Shown here piece by piece: positions 29,721-60,181 of a stretch of DNA of 64,000 nucleotides. The notes under the pieces are model-generated. The model did no database searches, was not told where the DNA came from, and worked only from the letters and a program-made list of their open reading frames with translations. Position 1 is the first letter of the stretch. Each line of letters starts with the position of its first letter. The position numbers were made by a program, and so were the translations under genes. Origin of the DNA: Ostrea edulis (taxonomy: Eukaryota); NCBI RefSeq assembly GCF_947568905.1, contig NC_079164.1, positions 6,510,001 through 6,574,000 on the forward strand, written 5' to 3'.

Positions 29721-32631
29721 TGATGCTCCCGTCACTAAAAGATTCGGCGATCCGTCAATTTCAGCATGTCGATCTTTATCTTTACTTATTCTATTTGAAA
29801 CTTCCTGTTAATACTTTACAGAAGGGTGTCAACCTTTCTTATATATATGTAAAATTAATGTGGTACGGTACATCCAAAAGTTTCTTTTTAATGACGTCAT
29901 ACAGTGATGTTTACACTTTATATGATGTTGTAGGTCTTAAAAATGGTAACCAAGCAAAATACATTTACGCTAAGCATATTTTTGCTTCGCATCTGTGTAT
30001 ATTCCGATCTACACAACATGTTCATTCGATATATCACAGTGAACTCGAAATAAAAGATATCACAGAGCCATCCACATCTGTTTCGAACTTAGATATCGTA
30101 TTGAAGATAAATGTTAGCGGCAAATTAACAACTCAACTTTATGAAAAACGGGATGATTTCAGCTTCTTCATCTTCAACTTCCCATACTTATAATATTGCA
30201 TTATCACTTGCATATGGTGTTCATGTCTCTCAATCGATTCGATACGCAAGGGTGACAAATTGATGTCACTAATTTTCATTCATATGTCGATTCGATATAT
30301 ACCTTTGAACTCGAAATTTAAAACACCACACGGTCGTCCACTTCTGCTTCATATTTATGTACTTTATTGAAAATAGATATTAACAGCAAACTAACAACTC
30401 AACTTTATGACAATCGGGATTATATCAGCTTTTCCATCGTCAACTTCCCATAGTTATGTAGCAATATTCCATTATCACCTGCATATGGTGTTTATATCTC
30501 TCAACTGATTTGATACGCAAAAGCTTGTTCTGCGTATGATTAGTTTTTAAATCGAGGCAGGTTACTGACAAACAAGTTGATGGTACAGGGTTTTTAACAG
30601 TCTGGTTTAAAATCAGCATTTCGCAATTTTTATGGTCGTTATAATAATCTAGTTTGCCAATAGAACCTATTTTTTGTTTGAAACGCCGTCTGACGTATTT
30701 CATAACGATTGTTAAGCCGTTCTTTGCACACTGATTTTAACTACGGATTACTCCATTTACCTGATCAAGATATGAAGCTGACGGTGGAGGTGACCGGTCG
30801 ATAGGAAAGCTTAATTATCCTAGGTAACTGATGCCACCTCTGGTATATCCAGGGGTCCGTGTTTGCCCACCTCTCTATTTTGTATTGTCTATAGGAGTTA
30901 TGGGATTGATCACTGTTCGTTATCTTTACCTTTCATGTGTCACTTATACATCTGATAAGATGTTATTTAAAACCCCTACCTCTGGGATCGCATGCTCCTT
31001 CTGAATATCTAATTAGTATCAAGAGCGTTAAAGATGTTATTTAAAACCCCTGCCTCTGGGACGGCATGCTCCTTCTAAATATCTAATTAGTATCAAGAGC
31101 GTTAAAGATGTTATTTAAAACCCCTACCTCTGGGATCGCAGGCTCCTTCTAAATATCTAATTAGTATCAAGAGCGTTAAAGATGTTATTTTAAACCCCTA
31201 CCTCTGGGATCGCAGGCTCCTTCTAAATATCTGATTAGTATCAAGAGCGTTAAAGATGTTATTTAAATGTTGCTCATTAACACTATATACCACGTTTGAT
31301 CCTAGCTAAAGTTGGAACCTCTTCACAATTTTGGTGGAGGTCTTCTTGCTCTTCAATGCTATGCTTTAGTTTCTCTTACAGATGTGCGGTTGTAGAGAGG
31401 ATTTTTGTAAATTTTGGCACGTTTTGCTCACCTTTAAGGCTCCGGGGTGCAGAAGTCCTGAAATTTAAGTTTATGCCCCCTAATCCCAAAGATGCTGAAC
31501 CAAATTTAAAAAGAATTGGAAAGGGAGTTGTGTTCAATTGTTGACGAACGGTGTAGGAGGAAGGATGCAGACCAATAACTGAAATCTTGACTCTGTAGTC
31601 TCAAACAACCAAGCCAAATACATAGTGATAATGAAATGAGAAGACTATAAAAATTGTGACCTACGCAGTACCCTGGTAATCGGTGATTAAAACAGACTTA
31701 CCGGCCCTGCGTTTAGTCTAAGACTAAGACGTTTAATCAACATAGGTAATGACTATTCCTTAATCAAGCGCCCATCACTACAAGTGAAAGTAACGCGTTT
31801 TTCAGATATGACCTTTAAAATGGAAACTCCACTTGACGATAGGGGGTGGTACATTAAAGAACTCTCTCACTATAACGGTCACCATTCGTGCAACTTCATC
31901 TGTAGCTGATGAAGTCGCTACGTTAGTTTAAAATTCTCGAATTGGACATAAAAAAACCCACCCACAACAAAAATACCCTTACTAAATATTTCTCTTGACC
32001 AAACAGTGTATTATGACTTTGAACCACGGTTCCTTGGTCAAGGTCACATTTCTATGGACATAACTGTAATATGGAGGGTAATAAATATCCATATTAGACA
32101 CAGAGATTACATATGACCAGATTGTGTTTTACAATCGCGGATTAGTCTGTGTCAGTTTGCCACGGTAGCAGATAAATATTTGATGAACGTTTGTTCAGGC
32201 CATATCTTCATAATGGAAATTTGGCCAAAGCTCAGAATACTGGCACATACTAGATTTTTACTGACCAGATAGTCTGTTGTGACTCTGAACCACAATCGTT
32301 CGGGCAAGGTCCAGCTCAACAAATAAAAAAATAATAGAAAACATTAGAAATTCACATCACTTTATCGCAAAAGGTGAAGCCCTTTTGTGCTCAATGTTTA
32401 AGATTCCCTTGTTATACTCGTAACTTTTAAAACATGGAACTCGGTAGAAATTGCAAGTAAAACGCTCCTTTCATGATTTTAAATACTAGAAGATTTATAT
32501 CTCAAGAAATCTACAGGATATCATTGAGAATATGATCTTGTTTACTGAACACTTGATGAAGTTTGCCGTTCCAGCACCTCCGGGCTATAGTTCTGTCGGT
32601 GAGTTCTATACATTGGTGAATTCTTTACATA

Positions 32632-51033
<18,402 letters not shown>

Positions 51034-51218
51034 TTCTATTTGTCTCGATGTTACATGTACCTGTACATCAAGATAGTGGTCATGATTAATAGCGAGATAA
51101 ACTGTAACTTCCTTGTTCTTCTGACTGGCGTAAAAAGGATTGGCGGATCGCCGATTTTCGTGTACGCCCCGCCCACCATGACGACGGTAACTAGCCCGAC
51201 ATTAGACACATAAACAAC

Positions 51219-54200
51219 ATGGCGCGGATCATGTCGTTAAAGGACATACCAGACGATTTTTCTGCATCATACATGTTACATACACCGTCTCTTCGGCAAA
51301 AACAATGGCTGTCGCGTTTATGAAAGATTCTTATGTTAAATCAGTCAAATTGTATGCACAAGAACGCGAAAATATGCTAATAAAAGCCGAAGTATATCGG
51401 AGTCAGAGGAAAACAGAGGACCCACACAAGATCAACATTGATGTCAATTTTGAAGGGAAGAAGTTAGACGATGCACATTGCAGTTGCAAAGCTGGGTGTG
51501 TATACGGTTATTTTGGAGTTATTGAAATAGTTTTTACTTGTTTACAATTTCAATTTTACGTTTTTGTTTATTTAATTTATTGTTCTTGAAGCGTATAGAT
51601 CTACGTACATGCGTGCATCAGCCTCAGGTATAAATAGAGAGCGTTTGTAAACAACCTCACTCGGAAAAGTTTTATCATATTTCATAAACGTTGCTCAGTG
51701 TTGTTCTTATTCTTTTTTTTTCAAATTTCATTTGTTGTATTTTTGTTCCTTTTAGTAACTCGGTGCATTTTACCAATGTTTGTGTTTCCAGTTACTTGCT
51801 AACTAAAGGGTGCACATTCCAGGTCAGTGTAACTATGATTCAGTATCTTTACCAAATACAGGTACACACCTTTCCCAAAAGCCTGTTTAGATAATTATAC
51901 TAAACATATATGTGTAAAATAATTTTGTATTGTGGTACATGTAGTGTTATAATGCTATTGTTAATTTGATAAATGTATATTATGCAAATTTGGTGTGGGG
52001 ATTGGTTTCTATTTCTTCATGTTGTGTACATATTACAGGGAAGCAGGTCAATGTGCACATGTCTTAGCTGTTATCATGATTCTGGAGCAGTGGAAGATTT
52101 CTGGTTTTGTTGAAATTCCCTCAATGCTGTCATCAACTTCCCTCCCCAACAGTCGGATAAGCCAAGAGGTGACAAGATTCAACCAGAACCAGTGTCCCAG
52201 ATGATCATTTCCAACCCATCAAACCTAAACAGAAAAAGAAAGCCAATTACCACAATTCTTTTGTTGACACACGGTAAAAAAAATAGTGTACATCTTTCAA
52301 TCAATTTTTTCTCTTCATTTTTTTTGGTAATTGTTTTGCATGACTGATTGTCATTCTATATTGCACTCACATGGAGACATTCTTTAAATTATATATATAC
52401 ACGTGCCCAATGTTTTGACCAAATTAAGGCTTTTCAGCAGAAAAGACTCACTTAGTTGTAAAGCACCTACAAGGACACCAGGGGTGTGTTTTACAAAAAA
52501 ACTTCAGACTAACGACAAACTTTTCAACTTTATTGTAAGTCATTCACTCCGAATGCAAAATATTTTTTAAAGAAAATATTGAAAATTTAGCCTTCGAAAA
52601 GTTTTAATTCATTCATTTTTAAAGTAATAACTGTAAAATACAATTTAAGACTTACCGCAAGTTGTTTTGTAAAACGGGCCCCTGGCCTCTAACAAGTTTT
52701 TACAGGTGTAGTTATTAGGTCTCAGCCAAAAGACTCCAAACCACAGAGCTGCCAAGTCACGCCCAAGTGTTTGGCACTGAACACTTGTTACAACATAAAG
52801 TTCTTTTAAATGGTCATTCAAAATTATTTTCAACAATTTTCAGGAAAACTGAAATCGGTGAAATGGATATGGAAATCCTGAAAAAGTTTAAACAAGCCCC
52901 GATTTCCTATCTGGTATCCACAGCAGCAGGACCAACTGTTGACACTCCATTCCGTGCTCATGACATAGGATCTCCTCTCAGCTAGCATGTAAGTTACAAA
53001 CATTATTCAGACAAAATATATGAATTAAACTTTTTAAGGAGGTACTCTACAGTATCATAATGACTGACTTCCTTTTAAAACATGGAATGAAATATAAATA
53101 TCAGCAATATTTGTCTTTTCATTTCAAAAATCATCGTCTAGCTGAGTAGCTTAGCATATCGACTGCTGAACTGTAAATCAAGGGTTCGAGTCCAGCAGAG
53201 GTTTAAACATTTTTTTTTGGTCAGATTGCTTTCTACTAAAACTGCATATTGTGTCTAAATGAAGTAAATTTGAAAGTTTTCAATTTCAAAATATTGTTGC
53301 AAGTATACTCCAATTTTCATCCATATCAAATTTCTTTGCTGTAGCATTATACACTAAATATCAATGATTATTATATTTTCACATGCAATCGATTCATTTA
53401 AAAAAATCCGTTTGTAGGAAAACCTCGTTGACATTATCAAATTTACACCAAAACACATTTACTGAATGGAGTTTAGCAGTTTTCTTTATCTTGAATTATA
53501 TATGGCATAAAATTGGTCAATACAGAACAGGTTAACCATATCTGATCAACAATACTAAAAAAAGAAAGACTAATTTTGCCTGACAATATTTTAAACTGTT
53601 TTATACGAGCAATAGCCCGTTTAACATGCACACGATGTTTGGCTATTTTGACAGTTTCTGTTACCTCTGAAGCTTTCATCTGTGTTGCACATGACGCAAA
53701 AAGGTGGAATGTTTAGTCGAAGACCAATAGCTTCGATTTCCTTTTCAATATTAAACCCTTTGTCCACCATAACTCCATCACCATTTTGTAATTTCCCACA
53801 TTGTTTAAGGTTTGACAATACTTTAACGAAGCCACTCCCCTTTGTAATAACTTTATCAGATACTGATCCAGAGAATAACATGGAAGAAAATATTACAGAG
53901 TCCCTTGGATCTATGCCCACAAGTCCTTTCAAAGTTGTGCATGACTTATAGTCAGAATAACATTGACTCTGTCGATTGAGAGAACTGGGCTTTTGTACTT
54001 TTAACTCCGTACAGTCAATAATGACGAAAGTTTCTGGAAAATCTTTCTTATAATTTTCAGGCATGTTTTCGATTATTACTTCACGATGAGGCCATATATC
54101 TACACTACCTAGTCTGAAAAACATGAAATTAATCTAGTGGGTGAATATTGCACTGCAGTCTTGCACAGGTATATCAAACAAATATGAAATATGTCTAAAG

Positions 54201-55544
54201 TCAAAGTTTTGTCTCAGTTTTATCAAAACAAGCAAGAGCTGATCCTTTGTTGACAACGATTTTGCACCTCTAAGAGTTTTACTCCATATAATAGGATATT
54301 CTTCTGTTGGTACTAAAAATGAGTATAAAACATTGAACCGGTCTTTAGAAAACCCGGTATAATACTGATAATCAGTGTCCTTCAGTTTTTTATATCCAAA
54401 TCGTCCTGAATTTTGTTGTTGCAGCTCAAAATAAATTCGGAGCAGTTTTTCCTTCTCTTCAGTTAATGCAGTATTGTCAGCAATAATGGCCAGTATTTCA
54501 AGTGGATTACAACCTGCAATATATTTAGAAAATTTAATATTATTTCTTTTTGTAGTATTCATGGGTAGTACAATAATGTAAAACATATATGATAAAAAGA
54601 ATCTTGAATGGTTTTTCATTAGACATGATTTATATACAACTCAACATGGATCCCGATAGAAAACACACTTTTTTCCATGAAAGTCAAATCCGATCAACTC
54701 ATTGGAGATCCTAAACATAACCCTCAACATTATATGTCATGTCTATCATTACAATGTATTTATTATTGCATAATTTCAGGCACCATTGATTTTACCTATT
54801 ACAAAACCCCGTGCAGCAGAAAACTGTGGAAGTACTGTGTTCCCAAAAGCCCTTCACACCTGCGTTGACCTTGAATGCATTCAAAATCTTACACATGAAT
54901 GGACTGAGCTTAATTTGACACAGAGTGATGCAATTAATTTGGAAAAATCAACAAGATCTCAAAGTCTGAACCAAATATGGCATACAGAACGAAGTAAGAG
55001 AATAACGGCATCCAATTTCGGACTAATCATAAGAAGAAAAAAAGACGTAAACCAGAAATTTTTAAAGAACACATTTCAAAAGAATGATTTCACATCTTCT
55101 GCTACATCATATGGTAAAGCGAATGAACACATTGCCAAGCAAATATACATTAAGAAAACGGGACACCATTTTCATGATATAGGTTTGATTGTAAACACAG
55201 AACTACCATTTCTAGGCGCTACTCCTGATGCCATAGTGTGTGATAAGTCTAAAAGTGACTTGATTGAAATTAAATGTCCTTACTCTGTCAGAGACAAGAC
55301 CATCAGTGAAGGATGTGAAACAAGAAATGATTTCTTCCTCCAAAGAAATGGCGACACTTTCAGCTTACAACATGAGCATTCCCACTGGTATCAAGTCCAA
55401 GGACAGCTTCTAGTCACCGGAGCTCCATTTTGTGACTTCATTACATATACCACACAAGACGTATATGTAGAAAGAGTTTATCCAAACAAGTCTACAATGG
55501 ATGTGCTAGTTCAAAAACTAGCTAAGTTTTATATCCAAAATTGA
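51219..55544 (+). pseudogene. SWIM + YqaJ exonuclease-like transposon ORF2, unit B copy, disrupted
   Basis: Same structure and lesions as 22832-27157; 252-aa ORF at 54786-55544. Confidence 0.85.
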
Positions 55545-56250
55545 AGCCATTTATCCACAAATGTGATTCTGATCTACATGTATGATGTTGATTTACCACA
55601 CCAACTATGAAAACAAGAATGTATTTGTACCTGGCATAATATGCCCCCTCCCCTCATGACAACAAGAACACAATAAACACTGACTCAGTGTGACAGAAAG
55701 ATTTGTTTACTGGTCATTAATATCTTTGTATGGTAGATGTATTTAGAGAATCTTGGAGATAAAATTCTGTTTGCTGTCATACACTTAAATTTGTATATAA
55801 ATGTACTAGATAATTCAAATTCAGTTGAGTAAAGTTCTCTTTACACTTTCAGTGGCGTATTTACATTTTTTTTTATTTTGGTGCATAGATATCATGTCAT
55901 TTGCAAATACTGCTCCTTGATACTAATATTCAATCATAGAACATAATTACCAGGAATAATTGGGTTAACATTTTCTGTTGCTGATGCTTGAGAACTTGTA
56001 GTTGCAGTCGTTGAAACATGTTGAATTTCAGATGATGCCTTTAACACATCACTGCCAGCTTCATTGTGCTGATTTCTTTGATATGGATTACAAAGAAACA
56101 TTTTTCTTACAAATATTTTCTTAAAGATGAAATTTTGTCAGACTGGGTAAAGGTTTTGCTTAAATATAGTACACTGTACATGCATTGTCATTTTTTTAAA
56201 TGTGAGAATATTTACTTCAAAATGCTTTATCTTGCAGATGTATCATACAA

Positions 56251-56307
<57 letters not shown>

Positions 56308-58007
56308 TAACATAGGGTGTCAAGTCCCTATTTATTCCTATAAACTCAAAGGTTCTTATATATACCCTACAAGTCATTATAAAAATTCCTATAAAACCCT
56401 ATATATCCACAAAAAAAAGAGAGAAGAAAGAAATGGCAGTCCTATTTTCAAAAATGATAAAAAAAAAAGAAAAAAAAAAGAGAGCTGATTCTAGATTGAT
56501 ATTTAATTAGATTGTTACATGTATGAAGAGAATAACTATGATCATTGTATAAGAACTTTTTGTTGGATGGAAAACTGTCCACATCTGAAAGGATTTTGTC
56601 TTTGTTTATGTTTAATATTATTTCTTCTCCAGAAACATACTATGCAGAAACAATAAACTTTGTTACAAATTCTTTAATAAAAACCCTATTTATTCCTATA
56701 AATCTGCTGTAAAATCCCTATATTTGCCCTATAAACTGCAAATTGTTTTCCTTATAATCCCATATTTTTTAGACCCAAAGTGGCTTAAATTGACACCCTG
56801 TTGTATGTACATGCACTACAACTTACATATCAGTACTAGTGTCCATCAAAATCTGTTGCTTAGATGTAGTTCTCGTTTCTGAACTTGACCCTCTTTTGGT
56901 GGGTGGTTTTCGAGCTGGTGTCAATGCATCATAACTGACTGCAGACACTGGATCAGGATGCATCTCAGATGGCTGGCCATTGACAAAATGCTGATAATTT
57001 TAAAAAGGAACACATAAAAAAATCCAATTTATCTTTTAAATATTGTAACAATTAAAACACCCAATTTTATAATAATGCAAGGTGAAGATAACGAACAGTG
57101 ATCAATCTCATAACTCCTACAAGCAATACAAAATAGATAGTTGGGCAAACACGAACCCCTGGACACACCAGAGGTGGGATCAGGTGCATAGGGAAGTAAG
57201 CATCCTCAGTCGACATGTTTCAGTATCCGTTTTACATGATTATAGAATACCTGAATCTACTGTCACAGTGATTGAGTACATGTACAGTACTTTAAGTCTT
57301 AAATGGACTGATTCAAGATTTTCCTCATAATTTTATTTTTCACTAAGTTTTAGTGATCAAATTCTACTGTCTAATATGTTAAAATGGTTTCACAAAAAAT
57401 AAGGTTATACATGACAGAAGCTTAAAATAAAAACAAAATGAATACCAATAGAATGGTTATTTTGCCAAACTTTTGATCCCCCTGTTAAAATCCTGAATCC
57501 TTCGATGCTATATTTAGTCGTCAGGTCGTATTTAACTGCATGGGTTTGCATAAAGGAGTTTTGATTATATAACATAATCACTAATATTTTGATATACCTA
57601 CCTATTCATTTGCATTTCATATTACCGAGCACTTTACATGTAACTGTGCACGACAAAAAACTTGTATTTACACGAGTCATCAGTCGACCTGCACGGGCAC
57701 CAGATCTGCAGCTATGTCCCCTTTGTACTTTCTATTTACGAGTTTAATGCTATTTTAATGAGCGTTACAAGTATCGGTGAGCATATTACCTTTGAACACA
57801 CGTATAAATGTTTCGCTTTCCCTCTTTCTTTGAGTATATCTTCATTAAAAATATATAATGGGGACGACCACACAAGCGTATCCACCTCTTAGCTTTTTCC
57901 AAGTTTCTTCCAGGTTTTGGAAAAGGAATGAACACTATCTCTCCTTGAAGCCGATCTGGGTATCTGCTATCAGTGTTACAAGTGCCCCAACAGCAACGTT
58001 TCACCAT
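53473..58007 (-). pseudogene. THAP-HTH-DDE transposase, unit B copy, disrupted
   Basis: Same exons and lesions as the unit A copy (ORFs 53473-53679, 53621-54124, 54134-54619, 57786-58037). Confidence 0.85.
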
Positions 58008-60181
58008 AATTGCGTTGTCATAAACCAATGTAAACAATCCGATAAAATGTCGAATTTTCGCTTGTTGTCGGGAAAAATGGCGGTGCGTCCTTAGCTTCAG
58101 AAAGCGCGTGTAAATGGAGCTCTCTGATTGGCTGATGCTCCCGTCACTAAAAGATTCGGCGATCCGTCAATTTCAGCATGTCGATCTTTATCTTTACTTA
58201 TTCTATTTGAAACTTCCTGTTAATACTTTACAGAAGGGTGTCAACCTTTCTTATATATATGTAAAATTAATGTGGTACGGTACATCCAAAAGTTTCTTTT
58301 TAATGACGTCATACAGTGATGTTTACACTTTATATGATGTTGTAGGTCTTAAAAATGGTAACCAAGCAAAATACATTTACGCTAAGCATATTTTTGCTTC
58401 GCATCTGTGTATATTCCGATCTACACAACATGTTCATTCGATATATCACAGTGAACTCGAAATAAAAGATATCACAGAGCCATCCACATCTGTTTCGAAC
58501 TTAGATATCGTATTGAAGATAAATGTTAGCGGCAAATTAACAACTCAACTTTATGAAAAACGGGATGATTTCAGCTTCTTCATCTTCAACTTCCCATACT
58601 TATAATATTGCATTATCACTTGCATATAGTGTTTATGTCTCTCAATCGATTCGATACGCAAGGGTGACAAATTGATGTCATTAATTTTCATTCATATGTC
58701 GATTCGATATATAACTTTGAACTCGAAATTTAAAACACCACACGGTCGTCCATTTCTGCTTCATATTTATGTACTTTATTGAAAATAGATATTAACGGCA
58801 AACCAACAACTCAACTTTATGACAATCGGGATGATATCAGCTTTTCCATTGTCAACTTCCCATAGTTATGTAGCAATATTCCATTATCACCTGCATATGG
58901 TGTTTATATCTCTCAACTGATTTGATAAGCAAAAGCTTGTTCTGCGTAGGATCAGTTTTTAAATCGAGGCAGGTTACTGACAAACAAGTTGATGGTACAG
59001 GGTTTTTAACAGTCTGGTTTAAAATCAGCATTTCGCAATTTTTATGGTCGTTATAATAATCTAGTTTGCCAATAGAACCTATTTTTTGTTTGAAACGCCG
59101 TCTGACGTATTTCATAACGATTGTTAAGCCGTTCTTTGCACACTGATGTTAACTACGGATTACTCAATTTACCTGATCAAGATATGAAGCTGACGGTGGA
59201 GGTGACCGGTCGATAGGAAAGCTTAATTATCCTAAGTAACTGATGCCACCTCTGGTATGTCCAGGGGTCGGTGTTTGCCCACCTCTCTATTTTGTATTGT
59301 CTATAGGAGTTATGGGATTGATCACTGTTCGTTATCTTCACCTTTCATATGTCACTTATATATCTAGGATGAAGGTGATGAAACTTTTACATCGTATGAT
59401 CCTTACAATTGTACGATCATCAAGTAAAGGGGAGCACATTGCCTTAACATTAAGAGACAGACAGGGAATAAATAGCATTGTTCTACTGTGTAAACCATGA
59501 TAGAATAATAAAATATAAGGGTATTATGACATTATCTTACAGAGTGTTGAATTTAGAATCCCGGAAACCAACTAGCTTTAACCGCACGGTTCTTGCATTG
59601 AATGGACTTCAATTTTTCACTGTGTACTGGTGACATGCTTTATTACATATGTTCCGAATTATTTAAAGAAACCTATGCAGACACTGATGTTACAGGAGTT
59701 TCGACAGTTTCGTTTAATGTAAGCAAGTGATAATATATATTGCTGCATAAATATGGAAAGTTGACGATGGAGAAGCTGAAATCGTTTGTCGCTGATATTC
59801 AATTTCAATTCATACATAATTAGTTGAAATGCTAAACGTATTCACACGTATGCGTTTCGCTGTCAAATGTCAAAGTGAATTGAAATTCCTTTTATGAAAA
59901 GCAAGTTCATTCTGATGTTTTCATTGGCGTTCGAGTTAAGTATGGCGGTTTTTAAAACTTACTACGTATCCATGTACAGTTAAATATGCATATACGTATC
60001 GGAAGAACTTTATTGATTTGGAATCACATATGCTATTTGAAATTCTGATAAGAACCGGGGAAAAGACACAGTGTAACGCGCTATATAGGCAAGGTAAACC
60101 ACATCGTTTTCTTGTCAAAGTTAAAACTGATGCACTACATTTTAATTTACTACTGATCATTTGTTGACAGAGACTTTTGCA

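Larger units (their letters stand above)
22754..29757. mobile_element. ISL2EU-type (PIF/Harbinger-ISL2EU group) DNA transposon, ~7.0 kb, decayed
   Basis: TIRs TGGCGGATCGCCGA (22754-22767) and TCGGCGATCCGTCA (29744-29757), 13/14 match, each flanked by AT (candidate 2-bp TSD). Encodes a THAP+HTH+DDE_Tnp_4-type transposase and a SWIM+YqaJ protein, the gene pair characteristic of ISL2EU. Confidence 0.85.
51141..58169. mobile_element. ISL2EU-type DNA transposon, copy in unit B
   Basis: Same TIRs (51141-51154 and 58156-58169), same AT flanks and same disabling lesions as the unit A copy. Confidence 0.85.

Noticed and set aside
22754-29757. Classification as Kolobok (which can also pair THAP transposases with nucleases)
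   Set aside because: The flanks are AT rather than TTAA, no long terminal direct repeats were seen, and the transposase motifs (IDCTE, DKGF, HV[E]RAI) are of the Harbinger/ISL2EU type.
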